Part shown: positions 11,103-20,812 of the stretch, piece after piece
How the letters are laid out: every line of letters starts with the position of its first letter
Position numbering within the stretch: position 1 is the stretch's first letter
From: an uncultured Alphaproteobacteria bacterium
GTDB taxonomy: Bacteria > Pseudomonadota > Alphaproteobacteria > Sphingomonadales > Sphingomonadaceae
Direction of reading: 5' to 3'
DNA length: 64,000 nucleotides
NCBI GenBank assembly: GCA_963752025.1
Contig: CAVVWY010000016.1
Span: forward strand, 75,579-139,578
Notes under the pieces: generated by a model
Told to the model about the DNA's origin: nothing
Databases searched by the model: none
The model's input: only the letters and a program-made list of their open reading frames with translations
Program-made: the position numbers and the translations under genes

Positions 11103-11629
11103 ACACCTTCTCGCGTAGCCTCAATGTCACCGACTTCAAATGCGACGACCGGCGACGCACCGCGGTCGCGCTCGCAACTCTTACCGCCGAAGACCTCGAG
11201 CTGCTGTCCGGACACCGTCTTGAGGATGCTTGCTGCTCAAGTGTTAGTCTTGGGACCAACTGCGGAATTGGCGAAATCTCGATCTGCATGGCTCCTCCGC
11301 GACCCCTTAGGCTTGCATATTCAGACATCTCTATCTCGAGCAGCCCTTTTGTCCGTGAGGATGCGCTAAGCGCGGTCTGCAGGCGTACTGATCTGGCTAA
11401 CCACGACCAAGACCTGGGCGCGACTTACCTGAGAGTGCTGGCTGCCAAGTGTCGTCGCCTCGCAATTGGAATATCCGACACAGTAACTCTCACCGCGTTG
11501 CAGCAAATGGCTCCTGAGTACGACAACTTGGGTCGAACAAGGGGCATCGAATGCCACCGCCGCCAACCAGCATCCTATGATGCCGACATGGCTACGGCGC
11601 TCCAAAAAGTCTTTCGTCCGCAGCTCACT

Positions 11630-11830
11630 CTAGCGATGATGCGCCGCCGTCATTCGCTTACCGACAGTTTCGATTGCTTGAGAAGCGCTGTTTGCACGAT
11701 CGAGCGCCGCGCGCACCACGTCCTCTGACATACCCTGGCGCCGCCAGCTGTCCAGGAAACTTTCGAGCTCAAAGTAAAACCAGTCGGCAACGCTCCGGGG
11801 CACCAATGCACCTGGACCCATCTCACGCAT
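11630..11830 (-). CDS. Small hypothetical protein
   Basis: MREMGPGALVPRSVADWFYFELESFLDSWRRQG...; purine-rich RBS upstream. Confidence 0.4.
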   Translation of the reverse strand: MREMGPGALVPRSVADWFYFELESFLDSWRRQGMSEDVVRAALDRANSASQAIETVGKRMTAAHHR

Positions 11831-12204
11831 TTCCTTCCGCCAAGAACCATTGGAAGCGTGCGGTCGGCGCGAACTGACTGCCATCCGGATAATTGCGGTA
11901 TTTGGCGCGAAGGCGCCCAACACACCGCACGCCTGCACCAGTTCATCCGAGCGTCTTTTTAGACGCGAGGCCGACGTCATTCAGCGTCCGACGGGTTGAG
12001 CGTCCCGAACGCGTACTCGCGGAGCGGCCGGTTGCGCGCGAACGGTGCTGGCTGAACTCGTGTGGCCGAGCCGGCATAATGCAAACGGCACCCGCAGTGT
12101 TTCTCGGGGAATTTGAGCTTGGAGACGCGTTCGGCTCGTCAGCTGGGTCTGAATGCAGTCAAACCAATTGCCCTCGCGGCGGTCGACGCAGCGCGTCCTC
12201 GGCG

Positions 12205-12385
12205 GGCCCGGTATGCCGAGAAGGAAGTCTTGTCCGTAATCTCAGCCGGCCGCCCGCAGAAGGTCGCCTTGATCTTTGCTCTCGAGCCCTTCGGCAACGG
12301 TCCGAATTTTCAGGCTTCGCGCGAAGTTCCCGACGGCTGTCAAGCGAGGTCGGAATGTTCGTCAGTCAGCGCGATCCACCGTCAT
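12205..12385 (-). pseudogene. Remnant of an EAL (c-di-GMP phosphodiesterase) domain C-terminus
   Basis: Manual translation LTAVGNFARSLKIRTVAEGLESKDQGDLLRAAG*DYGQDFLLGIP matches the EAL AEGVE...GCDxxQGFL pattern, with in-frame stops. Confidence 0.7.
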
Positions 12386-12437
12386 GCAAATGTCGGTGAC
12401 CGGTCAGGCATTAAGCGTGGCAGGGGGTGACCGCTGG

Positions 12438-12956
12438 TCAGAACGCTTTGTCGGCCGCCTTGTGCCGAAGCGCTTGCGCAATCGTAGCGAGAACGACGAG
12501 CGCTTCACTGAATTTGAACGACTTTTGCGGTGCGTCCGCAAGTCGCTGGCAAACATCGTCTAATGCGCTGCTGATCTGAGACAGCGTCGCTAGCTCGGCC
12601 GGTCCTTCGTCGCTCGTGCTCGCGCGCCTCGCACGAATGGCATCAACGATTTGGTCCACGCGCTGCTGTCCGGAATGCCCCACTCTTTCGATCCAGTTGC
12701 CGACGTCGATCGGCTCGTCGAAGTTGATTCCGCCGTGACCGTCACCACCCCAGGCGAGTTGTCCCGCGGCTGACAAGTCCCCCCGAACCAACGTCACGCG
12801 CGTGCCAATCGGCGGAAGCGCGACGCCTTCGACGAGCATGCCCCTCGACGCGATATTGCGGACCCGCACGGGGATAATGCGGTCGCCAGTCTTAAGGCTG
12901 ACCGCAAGGAAGACGTTGGATCTCCCTTCTGATCGATTGTCCCGGTTCGGCATCAA
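12438..12956 (-). CDS. PilZ-domain protein
   Basis: RSEGR...RNIASRG fits RxxxR and D/NxSxxG-like PilZ motifs. Confidence 0.8.
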   Translation of the reverse strand: MMPNRDNRSEGRSNVFLAVSLKTGDRIIPVRVRNIASRGMLVEGVALPPIGTRVTLVRGDLSAAGQLAWGGDGHGGINFDEPIDVGNWIERVGHSGQQRVDQIVDAIRARRASTSDEGPAELATLSQISSALDDVCQRLADAPQKSFKFSEALVVLATIAQALRHKAADKAF

Positions 12957-13133
12957 GCCCCACTCAACAAACTCCTTTATAGCGCATCTGCTGCCTTCCG
13001 CGGCATGAATTTGGAACGTGGGGCGTTGAAACGCCTTGGCCGTTGCCAGTCTAGGACAAACTTCCCTGATGCCGCCACAAGCCGGTTGGAGCGGTCGAAC
13101 CGCCGCCGGCAGGCGCTCGTCCGCTTCCGAGCG

Positions 13134-13355
13134 TCACTGGTATTCAACAAGGCGCTGAAGTTGGGATCCTCCTCGCTCGTCAGTGATGATGCGTTCGCGC
13201 CGCTGTCGGTCAGGCGAAGCGCGTTGCCACTCTTCTGCATTTGCAAGGGCAGGGCGCTGGATCCGGACGATTGCTTGAGCGGCAGCCACAGCTGTTGCGA
13301 CTGGGACTGGCATAGTCGAGGTTGCGATAGACGCCGCAGTGATGAGCATTAGCAT
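13134..13355 (-). CDS. Small secreted hypothetical protein
   Basis: Hydrophobic N-terminus, 73 aa. Confidence 0.5.
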   Translation of the reverse strand: MLMLITAASIATSTMPVPVATAVAAAQAIVRIQRPALANAEEWQRASPDRQRRERIITDERGGSQLQRLVEYQ

Positions 13356-13570
13356 CGGGCGGCTTTCGCCGGTTCTGAGCTAAGTCTTCTCTACGATTGC
13401 TTCCGAAGTGGTTCATTCTCGAGCAGCACGCAACGGGCAGCACGATTGGCCTCGAATTCCACGAGGATGCGCCTCAGTCCCCCCCGACGCGCCGTGCAAT
13501 AACCCGATTTATGGGGGCACCTCTGGAGCAATTCGGCGAAGCATTTCCGCCGTACGGCGGCCATGTAAAT

Positions 13571-14056
13571 CTAGACGGAGAGGGCTGCGAACGGGAGCGT
13601 TTCAAAAAAGCGCCCCATGCGCTCGCGGCCGTCAGTGGTCAGATCAATCCAGTTGCGCCGCTGGTCCAAAGGGTCCTCCGTACGAACGACCAGCCCGTCC
13701 TGCTCCAGCTTGGCGAGCCAACGCAGTGCCGTTGACGCTGGAACCGTTGATGCCGTGTATACGGCGGATACGGACGCGCGCCTTTGCTCCAGATGCAGCG
13801 CATAAAGCTCCAGAAGAATGTCCCAGGCTGGGTCCGAGAACAGATCGCCGTCAAAAAGTGCAAGACGACGCCTGCGAGCCGCTTGCACGGCCCTTACGGT
13901 TCGGCTTGGTAGCCTCTGCTCGGCCCGTTCGCGGTCTTCAGCCAAGGGAGATGGCTGCGAATAATTGCTGATGAGTTCAACGGAGCTGAAAGACGTCACA
14001 TGCGCCAGGTTGCTGTATGCTACGCTTGCCATGATTTCCTCGTCCGAAGACATCAA
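13571..14056 (-). CDS. MarR-like winged-helix DNA-binding protein (sphingomonad FxDPAWDILL type)
   Basis: LFSDPAWDILLELY...VPASTALRWLAKLEQDGLVVRTEDPLDQRR..LT. Confidence 0.85.
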   Translation of the reverse strand: MMSSDEEIMASVAYSNLAHVTSFSSVELISNYSQPSPLAEDRERAEQRLPSRTVRAVQAARRRRLALFDGDLFSDPAWDILLELYALHLEQRRASVSAVYTASTVPASTALRWLAKLEQDGLVVRTEDPLDQRRNWIDLTTDGRERMGRFFETLPFAALSV

Positions 14057-14083
14057 CTAGTTTTCCGAGCGGTTTTGCTTATT

Positions 14084-14099
14084 GTAAGTATTGGTTAAC
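14084..14099 (+). promoter_or_regulatory. CtrA-like box (1 mismatch) between wHTH and PilZ genes
   Basis: GTAA-gtattgg-TTAAC. Confidence 0.5.
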
Positions 14100-14228
14100 A
14101 GAAGGTTTCTGGGAGAGCTCGTCGTGGCTATCGCTGGCGAGAAACCCGCATCACTACCACTTTGGAGCGACTGTTGAGATTCGCTCAACCCGCCGTTGGC
14201 AGCATGGCAGCGACGGAGGTCCGATCAA

Positions 14229-14846
14229 ATGCTTAGTTCATCTGATAGCATAGAGAGTTGGCGATTTGCTGAGCGGCGCAAAGAGGCCCGCTTTAAGCTC
14301 ATCTTGAGAGTTGGCGTGTTGGAACAGAGCGGCAGGTCGTCACTCTGCCTGATCAAGAACATTTCATCGTCGGGGGTGCAGCTCAAATGCTATGCTCGCC
14401 CCGTTGTCGGTGCCGCAGCATCACTCCGCGCCGCGGACGAAGCGCCTCTTCAGGGCCAGCTGCTGTGGATGGAAGGCGACACTGCCGGCATGAGCTTCGA
14501 TCAAGAATTGGGCGGTGCAGCGCTGCTCCGCGTTCAGCAAAAGCTTCGTCCACACCGGCGCCGAACGACTCCGCGCGTGAGTGTTCGGGCGGCGGCGTGC
14601 CTGCGGAGCGGGGGACGCATCTATCCCGCTGCAGTGTGCGACATCTCCAGTATGGGCGCACGGATTAAAACGACATCACCGCTCAAGGCAGGCGACCGGG
14701 CAGTCATCTCGCTTGGTGATTTGCCATCGCTCAACTCCTTTGTTCGGTGGACCGATGGAGATGAAGCGGGCGTGATCTTCGAAACTCCGATTCCGATGCA
14801 AATCATCGCACACTGGGTCGACGGTCGCATCCCGCTGACGCCTTGA
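14229..14846 (+). CDS. Tandem PilZ-domain protein
   Basis: ERRKEAR...NISSSG and RRTTPR...DISSMG. Confidence 0.85.
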   Translation: MLSSSDSIESWRFAERRKEARFKLILRVGVLEQSGRSSLCLIKNISSSGVQLKCYARPVVGAAASLRAADEAPLQGQLLWMEGDTAGMSFDQELGGAALLRVQQKLRPHRRRTTPRVSVRAAACLRSGGRIYPAAVCDISSMGARIKTTSPLKAGDRAVISLGDLPSLNSFVRWTDGDEAGVIFETPIPMQIIAHWVDGRIPLTP

Positions 14847-15218
14847 ATGGGACTTCCGCCGCGCCTGAGAAGGGCCGGGCGCTGCCGAAGCTTCTTGATT
14901 CCTCCAGTCGTAGTGGCCTGATAACTTTGGGCCGGCCTCACGCGGGAAGGGGCTCGATGTCGATGCTTCCGATCATTTAGACACGAAAGGGGCTCAGTCA
15001 GGCATATTAGCACGGTCTAATTGACTTGATCGGCCACGGAGAGATCAGCACCGGCGGTGCTCGCTTCGTGTTAATCCAGGTGTTTGAGAATGCGTCAGAC
15101 CACCCGCCGATGCTCAAGGAGAGATACTGGCAAAATTATCTGCTGGGCCTGAGGGGAGACTATTCTGATCCTTCGGGGATCCGTCCATCACAGACATCGG
15201 AGCGAGCTGAAATTCTGC

Positions 15219-15425
15219 TTATAACAGGCCCTGAGGCGGGCGCGATGGAACCGCGATGCCCTTGTCTTCTAAAACATCGCGAAGACGGCAAATTGCGAGG
15301 TCGAGATGTCCTCCGACGTCCATCGCACCCTTGCAGCTATCAAGCAGTTCAAGCGCCTGCTCCATGTAAGCCAAAGCAGTGACACCCTTAATCTCTAGTC
15401 CAGAGGCCGTTCCATCCATACCCAC
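15219..15425 (-). CDS. Small helical hypothetical protein (paralog of 20813..20992)
   Basis: TALAYMEQALELLD...HLDLAICRL. Confidence 0.6.
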   Translation of the reverse strand: MGMDGTASGLEIKGVTALAYMEQALELLDSCKGAMDVGGHLDLAICRLRDVLEDKGIAVPSRPPQGLL

Positions 15426-15558
15426 CCCATCGCGTCCGAGCTCGGCGACTGCGACATCATACCAAAGATTTCGCAGCGGAACATCAGTCCCGCAAGCTAG
15501 CAGCCGCGATGCCGCGCGCGACCACTAAAACTTGGATCAAAAACAAGATCGCATCGGC

Positions 15559-15656
15559 ATCTCAGTATCCCACCCATTCCGGCTCCATTATCAACGGCAT
15601 GCTAAGGACAGGCCGTTAGACGACAACTCACGCGTTCCTACCCCACTTGGAGCGTT
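15559..15656 (-). repeat. Stack of 2-3 decayed palindromic repeat copies (~34-bp period)
   Basis: ATCTCAGTATC-CCACCC-ATTCCGGCTCCATT; AACGGC..GCCGTT; CACGCGTTC-CTACCC-CACTTGGAGCGTT. Confidence 0.5.
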
Positions 15657-15786
15657 GAAGTGAGATGAAGGCCCGTCGTTTCTGGACGCGGCGGGTCTTC
15701 TTTCACTTGCGGCGTGCCGGCAATGCAGCACATGGGCCGTCTTCACAGCCGTATCGCAGGCGTACGTCGCCTCGCAGCCGTGGGGC

Positions 15787-16476
15787 TCAATACGTCACGC
15801 GCTCGCTTCGGCCCGGCGATTTCAGCGTATATTCGGCGGCGCCGTCGGACGGCAGGTCAACCATCCACGACGCGCCCGGGTAGAGCCTCTTGCCCGGAAG
15901 ATCGCTGCATTGCGAACGAGTCACGCACTGACGCCCGTCGACCACCTCAACGCTGACGTTTCCGGCATTGTTGAACGTGAGCTTCCTCCCAACGCGATTG
16001 GCCATGACGTGCGCTTGTGGAAGCGACGGGCGCACCAAGACAAGCACGTCATATCCGACGACGACCTTAAGTCCTGAATTTTCCGATCGGACCGGCCCGA
16101 GCACTGGCTTGATAGTCACTCGATATACATGCTCATGTTCGGTGTTGCCGGGGAGAGCGGCGATGCGCACAAGTCGGCGCTGACCAGGATCAAGGATCAT
16201 CTTTGCAGGCTCGACCAAAAGGCCGAGCTTCTCGGGATCCGGGTCCTTGCGGTCGCTTTGCGACGGAAGCGATGGGTTTATGATCTCGCGCGGCTCGACG
16301 GCGACGTAGGTACGCTCCGGAGAATTGTTCCAGACCTCGACGTCGTCGCGGGCGACCTTCCCGGGCTGAAGCTCGACGATCAGTTCGCTCAGCACGAGGT
16401 CGGCGTGCACCGCAGCGGGCAGCGCGAGTGCGATCGCCCCGAGCGGCCACAGGATCGGCAGATGACGGCATCTCAT
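15787..16476 (-). CDS. Fimbrial periplasmic chaperone
   Basis: Signal peptide; LLVEPAKMILDPGQRRLVRI, YRVTIKP, NNAGNV. Confidence 0.85.
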   Translation of the reverse strand: MRCRHLPILWPLGAIALALPAAVHADLVLSELIVELQPGKVARDDVEVWNNSPERTYVAVEPREIINPSLPSQSDRKDPDPEKLGLLVEPAKMILDPGQRRLVRIAALPGNTEHEHVYRVTIKPVLGPVRSENSGLKVVVGYDVLVLVRPSLPQAHVMANRVGRKLTFNNAGNVSVEVVDGRQCVTRSQCSDLPGKRLYPGASWMVDLPSDGAAEYTLKSPGRSERVTY

Positions 16477-18941
16477 TCGCAGACAACCTTTCCCATTGAA
16501 GCGAAGTCGTTCCTGACGGCGATGTTCCCGAGCTTCATCTCACACGATGATCCGTCCTCCCTGGCAATGGTGATCCGGTCGTTGCGCCTGACGTCAAGCT
16601 GGAAATAGCCGTTGGCGTCGGTCTGCGCGATGCCCTTCGCCGTCTGGACCAGTGCGTCCGCGACCGGGGCCCCGGCTGTTGAAACGGCCTGCCCGAAAAT
16701 GGTGAAGTAGGATTGCGCGCGCCACGGTAGCGATTGCACATTGCCAGGGTACAAGGTGACTTGGCGCGCCGCCGTGTCGTAATCGACGGCTACGGCCGCA
16801 ACTGGCACGAGGCGTACGTTGTAGGTGCGATAGGGCGCCATGAAGAGAACTAGTCGGCGGCCCATCCTGACCCGTCCCTTGCGCACGTCATCCACCACGA
16901 CGTCGAAGATTGCGTCGCGCGCGTCACCGTTGATCGACACGACGAGCGCGCTCTGCTGCAAGTCCTGGCCCCCGAGCTCGGCGCCGCCTGCTCCCATGAC
17001 TAGGCCCGACTGCAGTGCGATGTCGTACTGGGTGCCGCCTTGGCCTTCAAGATTGTGCAGTACGTCGGCGCGGGCATTTCCAAAGCGGCCCTCGACCGTG
17101 GCGGTGGCGCGCGCCAGCGACGAGGTGATGTTGCGGTCCACCCCGGCTCCGACGTTTAGGCGGCCTGACGCGTTCTGGGCGGCATATTGGGCGCCAATCG
17201 TGCCCACTGCGCGGGAGACGGCACCCTCCGAGTGGCCAGGGTCGTTCTGGACGGCGCCTCCGACGGCGCCGAGCATCGACAATCGCCCGGAGTTCAATTG
17301 CACTCGAATTCCGACGAAGGCGGCCGTGGACGTTCGCGTCCTCTGGGCAGAGGCCTCAGCGATGACCTGGACCCCGTTGCGGGTCACGACCGGCCAGTTG
17401 ATGCTTGGTCCGATCGAATAATCGGGCGCGAATCGCCGATCCTTGCGGTACGAACCGACCAACGACAAATAGCCACGGCCAAGCTGGAGACCGACGCTCG
17501 CGGTGGCCTGCGTATAAGAGCCTGAAGCGAGCTGAACCCCCGTCGGCGCCGCGAGATCGAAGCTGTTCGTGTAGACAGCCAGCGGAATGAGCGGCTTGCC
17601 ATCGCGGGACGAAATCCGTCGCAAGTCGAAGTTCAGGTTGACCGGGCCGTGGCCGGCGGTGCCTGCCTGCAAGAGCGCGCCCCAGTCGCCAGCGTTCGAG
17701 AACAATCCTGCTGCGCGTACACGGACAGGCCCTCGCATCAACCAGGCGCCCGCCTGTGCGATGGCCTTGTGCTGGGTTCCAAGTGCGGCAACGTCCACGG
17801 CAAAGCCGTTGCTCAGCCGCCAAGCAGTGCCGGCCTGGTAGTAAAAAGTGTTGGAAGGACTGATCGGCTGATGGCGCTGTGTGTTGGCGAGCACACCGGC
17901 GTAGGCGAAGAAGATCGGGTGCCGGCGGGGCGGAACTTGTGCATTCTTGACGAAGAACCGCCGTTCTTCTCGGACGGCGCCGTTCGACTGGATGATGCGC
18001 ACCAGCACGGGATACGAACCGTCGGACAGTTCCGAGGTGTCGAGACCGATGTTCCCCGCGGGATAAGAGCGAGAGCTGACCAGCCGCCCGTCGACGAGGA
18101 TTTCAACCCGACCGGGCTGCGAAAGGAAAACGATCAGCGGCGTTCCCTGGAGCTGCGCCTGGTCTGCCCAGGTGTCGAACTGCGTCGCAATGCCCGCGCC
18201 GATGATCCGGCGCTGTCCGATGAAGTCGTTCCCCGGTGCCCAGAACATTCCGCCTGAGTAGCGCAAGCTCTTGACGTCGACTTCACCGACGAGATCGTCG
18301 ATGATCAGTCCAAAATTCGATGAAACCGAGCTATTGCCGCGCAAGCGGGCGTTGCGAAGGCCAACGACAGTTCGGTTCTGGAGGTCATAGAGCGAGGACC
18401 CGCCGATCGTGCCCGATGAATTCAGCCCGAAGGCACTGGTAAGAGACAAGGATGCCGATGGGACGGGGAGATAGCCCTCGGGCTGACTCAGAGACGTTCG
18501 CAAGAACCGCGGGTTGACGAACACGTCGACCCGGAAGCGGTCTTCGTCATAAACGATTCCAATCACTTGTGGGCTGATCGTACCGCACTCCGGAGCGTTC
18601 GATTGCGAGCAGACTGCATTGCTGTTGGTGTCGAGCTCGCTGGTCAGCATTGCCGCCAGCTCGGGCGTTTCGATCACGTCGGACAGCTTTGAAAGCACAT
18701 CTCCCGGGGATCGGAAGCGGAAAGCGCCGGGGCGCGTCACGCCGAACGCTTCTCCGATCTTACGGCCTCCATAGTAGACGTCGACAAAGACGACGCGAGA
18801 ACTCGCAAGCTGGCCGAAACCCTCCGGCGCCTCCGCCGCGGCGAACGCCGGACTCATGGCGTGCGCCGCGTCCGGACTGAACATGGTTAACGCCAGCAGG
18901 CACGCCAAGTGCACGGCAATGCGTTTCGCCGAGCCGATCAT
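16473..18941 (-). CDS. Fimbrial outer-membrane usher (TcfC/CS1-like)
   Basis: 822 aa with signal peptide and beta-barrel pattern; VEILVDGRLVSSRSYPAGN..LDT..L.DGSY; C-terminal TDANGYFQ..C..C. Confidence 0.85.
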   Translation of the reverse strand: MIGSAKRIAVHLACLLALTMFSPDAAHAMSPAFAAAEAPEGFGQLASSRVVFVDVYYGGRKIGEAFGVTRPGAFRFRSPGDVLSKLSDVIETPELAAMLTSELDTNSNAVCSQSNAPECGTISPQVIGIVYDEDRFRVDVFVNPRFLRTSLSQPEGYLPVPSASLSLTSAFGLNSSGTIGGSSLYDLQNRTVVGLRNARLRGNSSVSSNFGLIIDDLVGEVDVKSLRYSGGMFWAPGNDFIGQRRIIGAGIATQFDTWADQAQLQGTPLIVFLSQPGRVEILVDGRLVSSRSYPAGNIGLDTSELSDGSYPVLVRIIQSNGAVREERRFFVKNAQVPPRRHPIFFAYAGVLANTQRHQPISPSNTFYYQAGTAWRLSNGFAVDVAALGTQHKAIAQAGAWLMRGPVRVRAAGLFSNAGDWGALLQAGTAGHGPVNLNFDLRRISSRDGKPLIPLAVYTNSFDLAAPTGVQLASGSYTQATASVGLQLGRGYLSLVGSYRKDRRFAPDYSIGPSINWPVVTRNGVQVIAEASAQRTRTSTAAFVGIRVQLNSGRLSMLGAVGGAVQNDPGHSEGAVSRAVGTIGAQYAAQNASGRLNVGAGVDRNITSSLARATATVEGRFGNARADVLHNLEGQGGTQYDIALQSGLVMGAGGAELGGQDLQQSALVVSINGDARDAIFDVVVDDVRKGRVRMGRRLVLFMAPYRTYNVRLVPVAAVAVDYDTAARQVTLYPGNVQSLPWRAQSYFTIFGQAVSTAGAPVADALVQTAKGIAQTDANGYFQLDVRRNDRITIAREDGSSCEMKLGNIAVRNDFASMGKVVCE

Positions 18942-19532
18942 TCATTCGGCCCCGACGAGAAGCGTCAGGGATCCGTTGTAGCTTCCTGCCGCTGCACTCG
19001 AAAGTGCCGCCGATCGCACCACGACAACCAAACTGGCAGACGACGCCGGTCCGTTGTTGCACGTTTGCTGCGTAGCTGCGCTCACCTGGCCATTCAGCGG
19101 CACGTTCGGAGCGAGCTGGGTTCCGGAAGTCTGTCCCGCCGAACTGTTCCACAGGACGTTGAAAGACATCGATGCAGCGCCTGACGAGAGCTGGAACGAT
19201 CCGCCCGGGCCCGTGCCGATGCCGGTGATATTATAGCCGTTGGTGTTTGTATCGGCGTAGACGCAAACGCTTTGGCTCTGGATGGCGTCTGCGCCGAGGT
19301 TCGCAATGGTACCGAAGCTGACGTCGACGAGGTTCGTGATCCGGACTTTATTGCTCGCGGCTTCAACAGGTCCATTCCCCAGCACGGCCAGGCCGGCGGC
19401 AAGCAACGCCGGCGCCGCCGGCGCAAGACAAGCGCCAACGCACCAAGCGACGCAATCAAGCGTGCTTCGCCGGATGCTCCTCCCGCCAGCTTTGCTTAGA
19501 AGGGCGGTGGCAATAGTATCGACCGCCACCAC
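18942..19532 (-). CDS. Fimbrial subunit (minor pilin)
   Basis: Cys pair; C-terminal AGSYNGSLTLLVGAE. Confidence 0.75.
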   Translation of the reverse strand: MVAVDTIATALLSKAGGRSIRRSTLDCVAWCVGACLAPAAPALLAAGLAVLGNGPVEAASNKVRITNLVDVSFGTIANLGADAIQSQSVCVYADTNTNGYNITGIGTGPGGSFQLSSGAASMSFNVLWNSSAGQTSGTQLAPNVPLNGQVSAATQQTCNNGPASSASLVVVVRSAALSSAAAGSYNGSLTLLVGAE

Positions 19533-19542
19533 GAGCTCGGCC

Positions 19543-20091
19543 TTACTCGGGTGCCACCACCAGAGTGAGCGTGCCCGTGTAAACCGTCAGGGCCGGCATG
19601 CTCTGCAGGCTTGCCGTCGACATTCTGACGATCAGGCTTGCCGTGCTGCTCGGGCCGGATGCGCAGAGCGCATTGGTCGCGGTTGACTTCTGCCCCGTCA
19701 AAGCTGTCCCGACGCCTAATGAGGTGCCCGCGGACTGACCGGAGGTTTGTGCCCATTCGACGCTGTAGGGCACCGTCGCCGCACCGTTGGCGAGTGTGAA
19801 GGCACTCGCGGTTCCGCTGCCACTTGCGGTCACATTGTAGCCTTTGGTGCTGGTGTTGCTCCAAACGCAAACATTCTGCGCGCTGACAGCAGCGACAGCC
19901 GGGTCCTGGTTCGTAAAGTCGACGTTGCTGAGGCCGCTAATCTGGACCCGATTCGGGACCGAGGCGCCGATCGACACCGATCCAGTCGAGGTCGCGCCAA
20001 GGCTCCCTGAAGTCGCGGCGTCGGCCGCGCCGTTTGCCAGCATTGACGCTACGCACAGCGCCGAAAGGCGAAGGTACCGAGCATTGTCCAT
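19543..20091 (-). CDS. Fimbrial major subunit
   Basis: Signal peptide; GATSTGSVSI N-terminal extension; C-terminal YTGTLTLVVAPE. Confidence 0.8.
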   Translation of the reverse strand: MDNARYLRLSALCVASMLANGAADAATSGSLGATSTGSVSIGASVPNRVQISGLSNVDFTNQDPAVAAVSAQNVCVWSNTSTKGYNVTASGSGTASAFTLANGAATVPYSVEWAQTSGQSAGTSLGVGTALTGQKSTATNALCASGPSSTASLIVRMSTASLQSMPALTVYTGTLTLVVAPE

Positions 20092-20154
20092 GATTTGTCT
20101 CCACACCGTAAACGGCCATGAAAACCGTTCCGTTATGGAAGTAATCTTAAGGCT

Positions 20155-20170
20155 GTTAAAGACGCGTTAA
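20155..20170 (-). promoter_or_regulatory. CtrA box upstream of the major pilin
   Basis: Minus strand TTAA-cgcgtct-TTAAC, a perfect match to TTAA-N7-TTAAC. Confidence 0.7.
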
Positions 20171-20259
20171 ACAGCCAGCTCCACTGGACCGTCAGCCGAG
20201 AAGGTTAGGTGGTCAAGCGAGGCGCTGATGGCGCGCACATGCTCATGCCTTCGACGCAA

Positions 20260-20631
20260 TCAATCCGGAACAATCAGCACGAGTTGCTCTGCTTGTGCGC
20301 CGAACTCGGAAGCCGCGGGCGACGCTGAGGCAAAGGACAGGATTCCTGTGCCGATCAAGCCCAGCGATTGGGCGTTGTGTGCAGAGAATGGGCGTCCTTC
20401 GCCCGGTTGAACGAGCACCGAGTATCGATGCCGCGACGACATGTTCGACGAAACGCTCACCGTCTTGTCAGAGATCGTGACCGGGAAAAGCGGTCTGGCG
20501 CTGACGGTGATTCCGACGCTTGCCCGAGCCTGCGGGCTAATTGCTGATCGAATCGACTGTGCGTCGCCTTGGTGCGGCAAGGCTGCCAAGGCGAGCCCTA
20601 CTAATGAATGGCAGAGTGTCACGAGCTTCAT
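20260..20631 (-). CDS. Secreted pilin-like accessory protein
   Basis: Signal peptide; ARASVGITVS; C-terminal LVLIVPD. Confidence 0.55.
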   Translation of the reverse strand: MKLVTLCHSLVGLALAALPHQGDAQSIRSAISPQARASVGITVSARPLFPVTISDKTVSVSSNMSSRHRYSVLVQPGEGRPFSAHNAQSLGLIGTGILSFASASPAASEFGAQAEQLVLIVPD

Positions 20632-20771
20632 CGCCGTCTCCGGAGAGGGCAGGTCACGCCACTGATGATGCGATACAGGTGGAGCGCCGATTGCGATTGC
20701 AACCATTCTGGAGCCATCTGTCCCCTCCGCGCTTGCTGCTTGCCACAATTAACCCCCCGACAGAAATCCGT

Positions 20772-20787
20772 TTAATGTTAATTTAAC
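20772..20787 (+). promoter_or_regulatory. CtrA box
   Basis: TTAA-tgttaat-TTAAC, perfect consensus. Confidence 0.7.
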
Positions 20788-20812
20788 AGCATTGTTCCAA
20801 ATCAGCGTGACT

